A DNA stretch of 63,312 nucleotides, filler included, from Octopus bimaculoides (GCF_001194135.2; 4 parts of 3 records of this genome joined end to end with filler, not necessarily neighbours in it); one strand, 5' to 3'; shown: positions 51,069 to 63,312, counted from the first letter of the whole stretch. Translations and numbers: made by a program. The notes: generated from the sequence alone by a model not told the origin.

Positions 51069-51101
<33 letters not shown>

Positions 51102-51724
51102 GTATCATCAGCTGGATATAAACCAGGCAATGGCTGTGCTGATGACAGTTGTTGAGATAGAAGCGCATGTCTTCTGCTGTCTTCTTGTCCCCGGACAATC
51201 AGATTGCCTATTCTTTAATAGTATGCCAATTCTGGGGAATTCTTTATAGGTGATATACTGTGACTTGAGGGAAAGTTGGCTGTCATTTCTAGAAGGCTCA
51301 GAGACCATGTAGAGGCTCCCTCAGTGTAGAGAGCTACCATTCAGTGTATTTTATGAAAAGTGAGTGGCTGGATTGAGAGACTAAATAAATCTTGTCTGCT
51401 TCTTTAACTATAAACTGAAATAATTTTTAAAAGGTATTGTTTATGATTTCTTATAATCACAATTTTGCATAATGTCATCATGTGACAAGGAAGAAGGGAA
51501 GACAGGGGCTATGCTGAAACTGGTGGACAAGAGACTCCACATTCACATTTACCTGTGAGATTTTTTTCCCTTCTAGTCTGACATTTAAAAGGTAATATGC
51601 ACAATCACTATTGCTGTCACCACCACCCTGAAATAACTCAAAGTGGCCAGTGCAGTATATTTGAGTAACATAGACAATTACAAGAATATCAAATACCTTA
51701 CAGCATAAATTCTTTATTTATTAA

Positions 51725-51962
51725 AAGCACCTGTGCTGGTGCAAGATAAAAAGCACTCATACTGGTGCCATGTGTAAAGAGCCTGTGCACTCATTAAACT
51801 CTGTAAAGTGTTTGGCATTAGCTGCAGCATCCAGCTGTAGAAACCATGCCAAAACTGACAATCGGAGCCTGGGCAGCTCTCCAGCTGACCAACTCTGGTC
51901 AAACTGTCCAACCTATGCCAGCATGAAAGCAGACGTTAAATGATGATGATGATGATGATGAT
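51725..51962 (+). mobile_element. Retroposon 3' end with (GAT)n tail, family E (also 52432-52618 and 53815-54000)
   Basis: Shared ttggcattag...catccagc.gtagaaacc..gccaaa...tgtccaacccatgccagcat...gacgttaa(gat)n; the tail type suggests an RTE-related partner. Confidence 0.7.
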
Positions 51963-52744
51963 ATGTAGTAATAATCTATGCACATAAAATAAATCTATCA
52001 GATATGTATCAATCGGTTATCTGCATTTAAAATAAATCAAAAGATTGTATCAATACTTTCGACATTACAGTATCAACCAGACTGCCCGGCTTTCTAATAC
52101 AATGTTGGTCAAATATGCACTTGTTTCGTTTTTTTTTTCTCTGGCCAAATCTTCAACTACTTCAAGTGGCACTCAAAGAGAAGAGTGAGAGTAGAGAGCT
52201 ACCATTCAGTGTGTTTTATGAAAAGTGATTGACCAACATTGTAATACAATGTTGGTCAAATATGCACGTATGGCACTTGAGAGCTAAAAAGCTTTCAAAT
52301 GATGCCGCCCCACTGGCCTGGGGGTGTTAGGCCAACATTCTTGTTGAAGAGAATGCCAGTCCAATACTGGGTGACCCATTTACAGCTGAGTGGACTGGGG
52401 CAACATGAAATGAAGTATTTTGTTCAGGAATGGCCCCCGTGCCGGTGGTAATTAAAAAGCACCCACTACATTCTCAAACTGGTTGGCATTAGGAAGGGCA
52501 TCCAGCCATAGAAACCTGCCAAATCAGATTGGAACCTGGTGCAACCAGTTTTCAGTTAAAGTGTCCAACCCATGCCAGCATTGAAGTAGATGTTAAGCAA
52601 TGATGATGATGATGATGAACACAACACACTGCCTAACCATGATCTTATGATGCACCTTCACAATTTGTACATATTTAAAATAAATCCATGTATCAATACT
52701 TCATACACGTTTAAAGCAATCAGATATATATCAAGGAAATACTC

Positions 52745-53128
52745 TTCTATTTGTTTACTTCTTTCAGTCATTGGACAGTGGCCATGCTGGGGCACCCTGC
52801 ATTAAAGCATTTCACTTGAACAGATCGATCCCAGGACTTATTTCATAAGTCTAATACTTATTTTATCAGTCTATTTTGCCGAACCATTAACACACCAGCA
52901 CCAGATGTCAACCAGTGATGGAGGGACAATCACAGACACAAACACACACACACACATATATATACGATGGGCTTCTTTCAGTTTCCATTTATCCAATCCA
53001 TTCACAAGGCTTTGGTTGGCCTGAGGCTATAGTAGAAAGCACTTGCCCAAGGTTCCCTGCAGTGGGACTGAACCCAGAAACTGGAAGTTGGGAAGCAAAC
53101 TTCTTACCACAGAACCATACCTGCACCC
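52745..53128 (-). mobile_element. SINE family B
   Basis: Reverse complement of 7553-7947. Confidence 0.8.
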
Positions 53129-53157
53129 ATACATTCATATATAAGGAGCTTGCTCAC

Positions 53158-53429
53158 GGACATATGGTGTGGTTAAGAGCACAAGCTACTAACCCCAAGA
53201 TTCCAAGTTCGATTCTAGACAGTGACCTGAATAATAATAATAATAACATTGAAAAATACCTTAGGAATGAGAACCCAGGTTCGAAATTTCCCCAAGGCAC
53301 CTGAATAAGGCTGGAGGGTATATCAGCCGAAACGTTGTGTTAACAACAAACAAGATAAGGACAAATATCTGTCAAATGTAAATAATGTAAATAATGTACA
53401 TAATTCCTCATCTTTTAAATATAGAACTG
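53158..53429 (+). mobile_element. tRNA-headed SINE-like element with hammerhead module (full-length copy)
   Basis: Head ggacatatggtgtggttaagagc...ctactaa...agttcgattct, (aat)n spacer, then a module containing ctgaataaggctggagggtatatcagccgaaacgttgtgtt. Confidence 0.8.
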
Positions 53430-54007
53430 AGCTTCCTCACAGTTTCTATCTATCAAATTCACTCACAAACTCTTTGTTGGCCCAAGACTATAATAGAAGA
53501 CCCTTGGCCAAAGGTGCTGTGCAGTAGGACAGAACCTGAAATCACAATGGTTGTAAAGACAATTTCTTTACCCTTCAAGCAGTCTGCACCAATTCTCACA
53601 AATTAACAAAAATAATTTCAAGTGGCCTCACGGAGGCGAGGTGGCTGAGTTCCTTTTGAATGTTGGGCCTCATGGAAGCAAAGTGGCCAAGCTCCTTTTG
53701 AGTGTTGGGCCTTATGGAGGAAATGACCAAGACCTTTGGCATTATGTCGTGTTCAAGAAGAAGACCTATCAACCTGAGTAAAATCACAGTCCAACACAGG
53801 GTGTCACGCAAATGGCACACATGCCGGTAGTATGTAAAAGCACCGATTACACTCGCAGAGTGGTTGGCGTTAGGATGGACATCCAGCCGTAGAAACCATG
53901 CCAAATCAGACTGGATCTTGGTGCCAGACCAGTCAAACTGTCCAACCCATGCCAGCATGGACAACAGACGTTAAATAATGGTGATGATGATGATGATGAG
54001 TAATGGT

Positions 54008-54620
54008 TTCAAATTTTGGCACAAGGCCAGCAACTTTGGTGGTGGGGAAGTTGATTACATCAATTACAATGCTCAGCTGGTACATATTCTATTGACCCCT
54101 AAAGGATGAAAGACAAAGCCAGCCTCAGTGGAATTTGAACTCTGCACATAAGGACAAAGTGCTGACAAGCATTTTGGCCCCAGCATGCTAATGATTCTGC
54201 CAGCTCAATGCCTTATTAATAATAATAATAATCCTTTCTACTATAGACATAAGGTCTGAAATTTTGAGGCAAGGGATTGTTGATTACATCGACCCCAGCG
54301 CTCAACTGGTACTAATTTTATTAACCCTGAAAGAATGAAAGGTAAGGCGAACCCAGTTTAATTTGAACTCAGAACATGCAGACAGACGAAATGTCACTAA
54401 GCACTTCGCCCAGCGTGCTAACGTTTCTGCCAGCTAACTGCCTTAATAATAATAATAATATATAATGATGATGATGATGATGATGATGATTTCAAATTTT
54501 GCCACAAGGGCAGCCATTTTGGGGGAGGGGATGTGTCGATTACATTGATTCCAGTGTTCAACTGGTCCTTATTTTATCGACCCCAAAAGGATGAAAGGCA
54601 AAGATGACCATGGCAGGGTT
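54008..54620 (-). mobile_element. Cluster of three SINE family C copies separated by (TAA)/(GAT) tracts
   Basis: 54008-54214, 54233-54445 and 54490-54620 (partial). Confidence 0.8.
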
Positions 54621-54684
54621 TTATAATAATGGTCACAAGATGAATGGTTTGTTTTGCCAAAAAACATCTTTCTCTTTCTCTCTT

Positions 54685-54727
<43 letters not shown>

Positions 54728-55369
54728 CCTGTGTATGTTTCTCTTTCTTTCCTCTCTCTCTCTCTCTCTCGTTCCTGTGNNNNNNNNNNCTCTCTCTCTC
54801 TCTCTCTCTCTCTCTCGTTCCTGTGTATGTGTCTCTCGCTTTCACTCTCCAGTGCATGTTTCTCTTGCTTTCCTCTCTCTCTCTCTCTCTCTCGCTCTGT
54901 CTCTTCTTTCCTTTTGTCTTTCTCTCTGTCATCTCTCCCCCACATCCCCTCTCCTTCTCTCTCTCCCCCTCTTCTCACAATTCCTTTGCCCCCCCCCTCC
55001 CACCACCACCACCAACAACAACATCCAAATTCCTCCAATTGTAAACCAGCCAGAATTGAGATGTTGTCTTTCTTGACACAACATTCCCCCATTGCCAATG
55101 ACGAGCCGTCATTGCTGTTATTATGTAAATTCAAGCTTCCGTCTTCTAAGTTGTTAACAAGAGAAGAAAAACAATAAATAAATATATAAAACGATAATCA
55201 AAAAATATATAATTTGCACAAAGCACCAAAGAATAAAAACAACTTATGTAACACAATTTCTAATAAATTATGAAACATTTTCATGTCAACTCAATGTCGT
55301 ACATTGTTTCAATTTTCCAATTGCAAATCGTCGATCAATATTTTACTCAGATAATCTCATTTGTCTGTT

Positions 55370-55523
55370 GTAGTAGTGGTGGTGGTGGTAGAGGTGATAG
55401 TAGTAGCAGTGGTGGTGACGGTGATGGTAGCAGTAGTAGTAGTAGTATTAGTAGCGGTGATGGGGGTGTTAGTAGAGGTGATAGTAGTGGTGGTGGTAGA
55501 GGTGACAGTAGTGGTGGTGGTGT

Positions 55524-55578
<55 letters not shown>

Positions 55579-55609
55579 GGTGGTGGTGGTGGTGGTAGTA
55601 GTGGTGGTA

Positions 55610-55674
<65 letters not shown>

Positions 55675-55675
55675 T
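55370..55675. repeat. Compound (TAG/TGG)n microsatellite
   Basis: Read directly; produces spurious poly-T/V/S/Y ORFs. Confidence 0.9.
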
Positions 55676-56079
55676 CTCTCCAGAAACAGCTTTGACAAAA
55701 AACAGAAAAGGGAACAAGACAAACTGAAGAAGCAACAAAGAAACCAAACTAAAACAGAAAAGAAAAGAAAAAAAAGAACAAGAAAATAACAAGAAACAAC
55801 AAAAATGCATCGTTTATTTGTTTTAAACGTCATTCCAATGATATATTTAAATCAAATCAGCTTTAACAGATCGAACCGACTGATTATTTGGATGCCTTAC
55901 TCTCTCTACTTCTCTCTCTCTCCTTTTCCCTTTCTGTCTATCTCTCTACCTCTACTTATTCATCTTTATCTCTCTTTCTCTCTCTCTCTCTCTCTACCTC
56001 TCAACTAAACCTTCCTCTCCATATCTATCTCTACCACTCTCTCTAACTTACCAGCATCTTTCCACTCTCTCTCTCTCTC

Positions 56080-56156
56080 TCATTCCATCTTTCTCTTTTA
56101 CTTTCACTATCTTACTCCTCTCTACCTACTTCCCCTCTCTCCCTCCCAATCTACTT

Positions 56157-56193
<37 letters not shown>

Positions 56194-56337
56194 CCATCTT
56201 TCTCTTTTACTTTCACTATCTTACTCCTCTCTACCTACTTCCCCTCTCTCCCTCCCAATCTACTTCGTCTCTCTCTCTCTCTCTCTCTCTCTCATTCCAT
56301 CTTTCTCTTTTACTTTCACTATCTTACTCCTCTCTAC
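56080..56337. repeat. ~105-110-bp pyrimidine-rich tandem repeat x2.5 running into a gap
   Basis: Unit cattccatctttctcttttactttcactatcttactcctctctacc... repeated. Confidence 0.85.
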
Positions 56338-56688
56338 NNNNNNNNNNNNNNNNNNNNNNNNNNNNNNNNNNNNNNNNNNNNTTAATTAATTAANNNNNNN
56401 NNNNNNNNNNNNNNNNNNNNNNNNNNNNNNNNNNNNNATATATATATATATATATATATATACATATGTATGTATGTATGTATGCATGTTTGTGAGTGTG
56501 TGTGTATGTATGCATATATATACCGGAGTAAGCACATAGATGTGAAGCATGGTGGAAAGAAGAGTACTCAAATACCAGAGGTAGAGTAATATGCTTTATA
56601 GAAAAGCAGCAGAAATATCATAAAAACTGAAACTCTGAGTAACAGTTTTTGTGATATTTCTGCTGCTTTTCAGTGAACTATATGTGTC

Positions 56689-56719
<31 letters not shown>

Positions 56720-57844
56720 TTTGTGTGTGTGTTTGTGTGTATGTGTGTGTACGCGTGCATATATGCGTGTATATGTGCGCATGTGTATGCGTATATGTAT
56801 GCATCTATGGGTATGCGTTTGCGCGAATATATATGTGTGTGTGTATGTATGTATATGTATGCTGCTTGTGTGTGCATTTATGTGCATGCATGCGTATGTG
56901 TGTATATTTATTTTCGTGTATATATATGCGTGTGCATGTGTATGTATATGCATGCGTAAATACACAAGTACGCACGCCTATATAATAATGCATACACGCA
57001 CATATATATGTATATCTGTGTGTGTGTGTATATCAGTATACACTTCTTTCATTCTCTCTGATTCCTCTCCCACACTATCATATTAGCCCGTAGAATAAAC
57101 ACATATGTCTATTTATAGAAACTTGACCATTGTTAGTATTCTTCCCTTCCGTTTGGTGGTTTACTACTCACTTCCGAAAGACCTCCTCTATGCCTCTTTC
57201 TGTACCCATCCCTTAATACCATTCTAATATATCACCCCACCTGAGACACCTCACACATATTCATTACTTCTATTCTTATCTCTTCCTACCCCTCCCCTAC
57301 TCTTCTCCCATCCGCCCTCTTAATATCTTGACCACCAACTACAATTTCTTTTTTTTCATTATTTCCTATTTTCACTCCGTTACACTTTTTCCTTTTCCCT
57401 TCTAGTTTTCGTTTTCTCTTCCTCTTTCTTCCTTTCTTCTTCTCTCACCCAATCATTTGACCTCTCTCTTCATTTTAACATACACATCTCTTCTCCCCTC
57501 TCTATCCACTTAATACTACCACTACATTCTCAAATTTTCCTTCACACCACAAGACCTCTTTGAATGAACAGCACATGGAATCTACGTCTCCACACTTTCC
57601 ATTTGGGATGACAAAATATGAACTCCTATTTGAATTTACATACCACAGACAGGAAGCATTTATACCACTTCTACACACCACTTTCATTAGATAATGGAAC
57701 TGCAACTATAACATCTTTATACAGTTTTATTTTTATTTCTACATTCATTTTCCTATTTCCCTATATACTCCTTATTTACTTCCTTTTCCAAAATAACGTC
57801 TATATTGAACTCTAATATTTCCCTCTTCTTAACCATCTCACATC

Positions 57845-57892
57845 GTTTCTGATGAAGGGATATCCCTAATATCCCAGAAACAGCTGTAAGAC
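57845..57892 (+). ncRNA. Second minimal hammerhead ribozyme motif, unrelated stems, core intact
   Basis: GUUU-CUGAUGA-A-GGGAUAU(CCCUA)AUAUCCC-A-GAA-AC(AGCU)GU-A-AGAC; palindromic stem III ACAGCUGU, GUA cleavage triplet. Confidence 0.65.
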
Positions 57893-58345
57893 TAACTTTC
57901 TCTTTACAAATGTCCTGAAAACTCCACACAGCGTTGACTTTGATGTTTCGTTTTATTTAACATATACATATATATATAAGATGCTTATATAGGCATATAG
58001 ATACATACACAGATGAAAAATATACATACCTACATATATACATATATACGTATGTGCACGTATGCCTTTTGCTGAGGACTTGGCTGCATATGTGAATATG
58101 TATATGTTTCAAACACAATCACACAAATTTCGTTTATGATCCACAAACCTGATTATATAATGCTTAAAGTATCATTTTAAGTATCATCTGGTAGTGAATT
58201 ATTTCTAGCAATTCTTGTTGATGGCTTAGTGAATAGAAATTCGAAAATATATGCGTAATTACTGTTACAAAACATTATAGATAGAACACAAATAAATAAA
58301 TGAAAGAAATTCAATACAAAACCGATATCTAAAATAATAATAGTA

Positions 58346-58382
<37 letters not shown>

Positions 58383-58432
58383 GGAGGAGGAGGAGGAGGA
58401 GGAGGAGGAGGAGGTGGAGGATGATATTTACT

Positions 58433-58595
58433 GCTATAGGCACAAGGTCTGAAATTTTGGGAGAGGAAACTAGTCGATAACATCGACACCAGTGTTTCAC
58501 TGGTACAAAATTTATTAACTCCGAAAAGATGAAACGCAAAGTCCAACTTTGCGGAATGTGACAAAGGAAATGCCGCTAAGCATTTTGTCCATCTT
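58433..58595 (-). mobile_element. SINE family C, degenerate
   Basis: Homology to the other copies. Confidence 0.75.
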
Positions 58596-58597
58596 GG

Positions 58598-59143
58598 CAA
58601 GAATGATCCACTGGGACTCTGTGGAAATCACAGCCTACAAAGAGCAAAGATGTGGTATCAGTAAATCCTAGAAGAAATCACTGAAATTGAGAATTGCAAT
58701 ATCCTGTGGGATGCAATGATCCAGTGCGATCACTTCATCGGAAAACGGTCTTTGATGTGGTGAATATAAGACAAAAAGCAGGTATGATAATCGGCATAGC
58801 ATGCCCCGGTGACAACAGGATCGATTTGAAAGAAGAGAAAATAAACAACTATGACGATTTAAAGTGGGAAATACGAAGGTAGTGGTCAATAAAAAGAGTA
58901 GCCGTGTAACCAATAGTAATTGGTGCACTTGGAAGAATCAGTACTCAACTACCAACAAGACTGAAAAAGATCGGCGCAAGCGTGAGGGTAGAACACCTAC
59001 AAAAACCAGCATTGCTTGGAACAGCAAGAATTCTTCGCAGGGGTCTTGAAGCATGACCAGTAAAACAAGTGTCACCTTAGTCTGTTGGCTGTGGAGAGCT
59101 GACACATTCCATCATACCCAGTAATATAAGCTGTGAGTTTTGT

Positions 59144-59146
<3 letters not shown>
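58598..59146 (+). pseudogene. Degenerate R4/Dong-like LINE 3' end (RLE domain) ending in (TAA)n
   Basis: ILWD...IQCDH...MIIGIACPGDNRIDLKEEKINNYDDLKWEIRR...PIVIGALG...LQKPALLGTARILRR with stops and frameshifts. Confidence 0.8.
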
Positions 59147-59204
<58 letters not shown>

Positions 59205-59271
59205 TTGTTTTATTGGCCACAAGGGCTAATATCAATTAAAAACATGTACGGACAAAGAACGAAGGTTAATC

Positions 59272-59480
59272 CTTCCTACTGTAGGCACAAGGACTGAAAT
59301 TTTGTGGGAGGGGACTAGTCGATTACATCGATCCCAAGGTTTCACTGGTACTTAATTTATCGATCCCGAAAGAATGATAGGCATGGTCGACCTCGGTGGA
59401 AGTTGAACTCAGAACGTGAAGACGGACGAAATGCTGCAAAGTATTTCACCCGGCGTGCTATCAATTCTGATAGCTTGCTG
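59272..59480 (-). mobile_element. SINE family C
   Basis: Homology to the other copies. Confidence 0.85.
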
Positions 59481-59482
59481 CA

Positions 59483-59562
<80 letters not shown>

Positions 59563-59564
<2 letters not shown>

Positions 59565-59630
59565 CCAAGGCGCACAGAGCTGCGCTCGGTAATGAAGTGA
59601 AAGCACGTTATAAAAATAAAACTACTGAAC
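59563..59630 (+). mobile_element. 68-bp extreme 3' end of the 33386 LINE, embedded in (TAA)n
   Basis: acccaaggcgcacagagctgcgctcggt.atgaagtgaaagcacgttataaaaataaaactactgaac matches 33708-33775. Confidence 0.9.
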
Positions 59631-59631
59631 C

Positions 59632-59689
<58 letters not shown>

Positions 59690-60767
59690 TAATAATGATG
59701 ATATTAATAAATAACAATAATAATAATAATAATAATAGTAATAATAATAATCATGATAACAACAACAATAATGATAATTGGACCCGTGAAAAATTCACGG
59801 AAAACCGATAACTATATAATCCAACCAAAATATCTGTTATGCAAACGTAAATAGAATTACTATTTACCCTTATAATGTACATATTTAAAGAACCTTCTTG
59901 GTTTAGTGGTACAGAACGTTCTTCTGGTATTCTTTTACCTGCTTTAATCATATGACGGTATATCCTGCGGAAGCACCGCCCTTTGGTCGAAGAAATCGTC
60001 CCCTGGAATTATTCCCAATAATCCTGGTGCTTAATTTATCAGTCTCTTCTGCCGAACAGCTAAGTTACGGGGACGCAAACGCATCAACATCGGTTGTCAA
60101 ACAATGGTGGGGGACGGCAAACACAGACACAAACACACACACATAAAAATGTAATATATATTAACAAAATTGTAATTTATATTAAAAAAATTATATATAT
60201 ATTTTTCCATTCATAATTTTTTCATTCATATTTTTTATTATTACGTTTGTAGAAATAAATAATCTTGTATTTTTCTATTATTCAATTGATCTTTAATCAT
60301 AATTAAATAAACGTCTTTAGCTTTAAATAGTATAGCTTTAACTATTACACCGGTTAAATATGTACTAATTTTATCTTCATTATTATTTTAAACTTAAACT
60401 TCGTTCAACTTGTATTTAAAACAATGATAATTTAAAACAATGATAATTTAGGTAAGATGTTTTTTGTATATAATATACATGTTATTATTATGGATGAAGG
60501 GATGATTATTGNNNNNNNNNNATATTTTTGAATAGAACTTATTTTCGATAATTTCAATTGATTTTAATCGATTTAAATTTCTTTTCTATTTGAAAATTGG
60601 TTATGAAACACGTGTAATCTTTTTATTATATTTATCTTATGATATTTACTTTACTTTATATTATACTCATTTATTGTGCTTTTAATTATTAATTTTTCTA
60701 TATGTGATAGTGGATTTTCATCGATGAGTTCTTGAAAATTGGTTATTTTCCCTAAAACTATATATAT

Positions 60768-60818
<51 letters not shown>

Positions 60819-60825
60819 CATACAT

Positions 60826-61076
60826 ACATTATTTTCATTATTTACAATTGACGGATATTTGTGCTCATCTTGTTAATTGTCAACACAACGTCTCGGCTGA
60901 TATACCCTCCAGCCTTCATCAGGCGTCTTTGGAAACCATCTCACTTTTCTGTGCAGATGTAGAGAAAAACACGTGATGAAGGCTGGAGGGTATATCAGCC
61001 GAAACGTGTTATCAACAAATAAGATGAGGACAAATATCCGTCAATTGTAAATAATATAAATAATGTACATAATTCC
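60826..61076. repeat. Head-to-head inverted pair of hammerhead-module fragments (40-nt spacer)
   Basis: 60826-60927 is the reverse complement of ~60968-61070; both match 53296-53429 and 48106-48239. Confidence 0.85.
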
Positions 61077-63060
61077 TCATCTCTTAAATATAGAACCATT
61101 ACATATATATATGACGGACTTCTTTCAATTTCCGTCTACTAAATTCACTCATGAGGCTTTGGGCGGCCCGAGATTGTAGTAGAGGACACCCTTTAAAGTA
61201 TAGAGTTGAATTTCTTGTAGCCACCTGTTGGTAAATTTTCTCCCCCACCGATTTTGTACGGGATATTACTCAAGTTTCTAGGCTCTTTTCACAGCTATAC
61301 CCCGTTCGAAATTTTCATTAGCTTTTGTATGAAAAACAAAAAAGAAAAAAAGAGGAAGGGAGGCGGCTATTTTGTAGTTTGCAAAGAAAACGCTAAATGT
61401 TCTCCACCAACTAAAAGACATGAAGAACTATGAAATAAGGTGAATAAGTACCGAGGGTAGGGGAAAAAAGTGAAAACTAACAGTTGATCATTCTAGAACT
61501 ACTAGAATAAAAACGTAAACACATGAAAGACTTGCTCTCTATTCATTACTAAATGCCCCTCTCGTTCATTGTTAAATGTAAGGAAGCTAGAAAAGATTGA
61601 CTGTTTTTCAGTCTAATTGTCATTGTAAATGATTGAGGCTTTCCATTCTCTGTCTCTATCGCTTCACTCCTTTGCTCTACGGCTAAGAGAGTGAAGATGC
61701 ATGGCTCAATGGTTAAGGGTGCTGAACCCACGATTGTAAAGTCAAGAGTACGATTTCCTGCGGACCACTGTGGTTTTGAACAAAGTCCTCTATTTCATCT
61801 CTATTGCGCTGTCTAAATCTTTTTCTCACTTGATAAGCATAACTACGGATGATAGATACATTCAATTGAAAATGGTGTTACTTTGAAAACACTCTCTACA
61901 GACACATCCACCTACACCCTACAATTGTAAAGAAGTCAATGTTAGGATCGTTGATGCAAATAAGAAGTGCTGATTGCTGTTCTTTTCACACGAATTCAAT
62001 TTTAGACTAATTTTACGTAGATTTCTTCACTTATTCCTGTTCTCTGGCAATCTATTTTAACACATCACATTCTACTGATATGTGAAGAAATAAATTAAAT
62101 TGTCCTGCGCTATACAAAATAACTTGAATGAGAAATATTAAATATTTATGAATGTTTTAATGTCTATTTAAATCTTTTAATCAATAACCTATGATTAGAT
62201 GAGAGACAAGTGAAAGAAGGGAATAATATATAACCCAACATGGTTAGTAGCTACTTTCAGAATCTTCAGTGGAAATGCAAGTCAAACTTGGAAGAGGAAA
62301 AAGAAATTTGAAGAACTTTTACGTATATTAATGCATATTTCAATATGTGATCAACTCACTGAAAAGCTATACTTCAATAGACATAAATTTGTAGTTCGGC
62401 TAATCTTCATAACTAAGTCAAACAATTAGTAACTTCGGAATGAATATCAGCATTCGTTAGTACAATACAGTATTTGACTGATAGTAAATGTTTCCATGCA
62501 CAGCAGTTGTTTCTAAGTTTGCAATTAGGGCCAGTTGCAGCGAGAATTATACAACATGAATCTCGATTTGTGCAACACAAGTTATGGATTACGCATGATC
62601 AACTCTTCACTCTGTAGCCAATCACGTTTTTCAAGTCTGCCAGATACTAGCATTTTTACTAAACTAGTATGGTACTATGAATAGGAGAAAATGCTCGGTT
62701 TTATTGAAAATACCATGACTGATGCATTTGTTTACAGACTAGTGACTTTTATAAGCAAACATTAGAACGCATGTGAAAATATCAGTCTCTCAACAATGAT
62801 AGCATATTCCTTTCTAAAATGAATAAGCATATCGTCTAAATCTGTTCTAAAATGTTCCAGCAAATTTGAAGGAGAATGTACTGAACACTATTGTATTTCA
62901 TCATCAGGAAACATCATTTCCTTTGAGATGATGTGTGCTCATGACATATGCAATTCAGACATTTTAAGGAGAGTTTAAGACACCGGTATTTCAACATGAC
63001 TTTGTTTCTTTAATGAAATTTATCCTAGTATCACTGAATATAAACGAAACTTGAACGTTC

Positions 63061-63093
<33 letters not shown>

Positions 63094-63097
<4 letters not shown>

Positions 63098-63312
63098 GTC
63101 ACAAACTACATCCCACAAAAAATAATGAAAACCCTGTCCTCACTAATTAAAACACATAGAAATGAACTGACAACCAAGGAGATTGATTTTCTAACAAACT
63201 TCAAATGCAAGCCCAGCCTTTTCTATGGTCTGCCAAAAATACACAAAAGCCAGATCATATATGAGACCATCAAAAAATCACCAAAGACATACATACATAC
63301 ACCAAACCCGGG
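63094..63312 (+). pseudogene. Penelope-like element ORF fragment (pre-RT region), runs off the window
   Basis: ...ELTTKEIDFLTNFKCKPSLFYGLPKIHKSQII...; FYGLPKIHK is the PLE RT N-terminal signature. Confidence 0.75.

Noticed and set aside
55040-55145. Minus-strand exon-like frame DGSLNLHNNSNDGSSLAMGECCVKKDNISILA as a MYRF 5' exon
   Set aside because: No similarity to known MYRF N-terminal sequence, weak donor, and no phase-linked neighbour.
56080-56337. Functional significance of the ~110-bp tandem repeat
   Set aside because: Low-complexity pyrimidine tract ending in a gap; copy number may be an assembly artefact.
62400-62950. Possible PIF1/Helitron helicase relic on the minus strand
   Set aside because: Only vague motif echoes among many stops; cannot be supported without an HMM search.

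Overview
AT-rich, microsatellite- and SINE-dense eukaryotic scaffold with many N gaps. The repeat families look like those of an octopus (coleoid cephalopod); this rests on recognition of the SINE sequences, not on a search. The one well-supported gene is MYRF (myelin regulatory factor) on the minus strand. I manually assembled 14 exons between 46720 and 22053 (2040 nt, 680 codons), all with GT-AG boundaries and consistent phases. They encode the C-terminal part of the Ndt80-type DNA-binding domain, the phage-tailspike-like ICA autocleavage domain with an intact Ser-Lys dyad, a coiled coil, a transmembrane helix and the ER-luminal domain. The 5' exons and the last exon were not found, and the exon block is bracketed by two artificial 100-nt scaffold linkers. 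The rest is transposon-derived: several tRNA-headed SINE families, R4/Dong-like LINE 3' ends sitting in (TAA)n arrays, Penelope-like RT fragments, a DD37D (maT) transposase relic, a Helitron-like fragment and MITEs. The most unusual structures are: (i) a tRNA-headed SINE-like element carrying a Penelope-type minimal hammerhead ribozyme, plus a second unrelated hammerhead with an intact core; (ii) two near-perfect ~100-bp hairpins flanking the frame-neutral 72-nt exon that completes the MYRF transmembrane helix; (iii) a foldback element with an 8-bp TSD and head-to-head (TTAGGG)n/(CCCTAA)n at its centre; (iv) an 85-nt cassette duplicated almost exactly from splice acceptor to splice donor. No prokaryotic system, CRISPR array, rRNA or true tRNA gene is supported. 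Most listed ORFs are microsatellite or gap artefacts.
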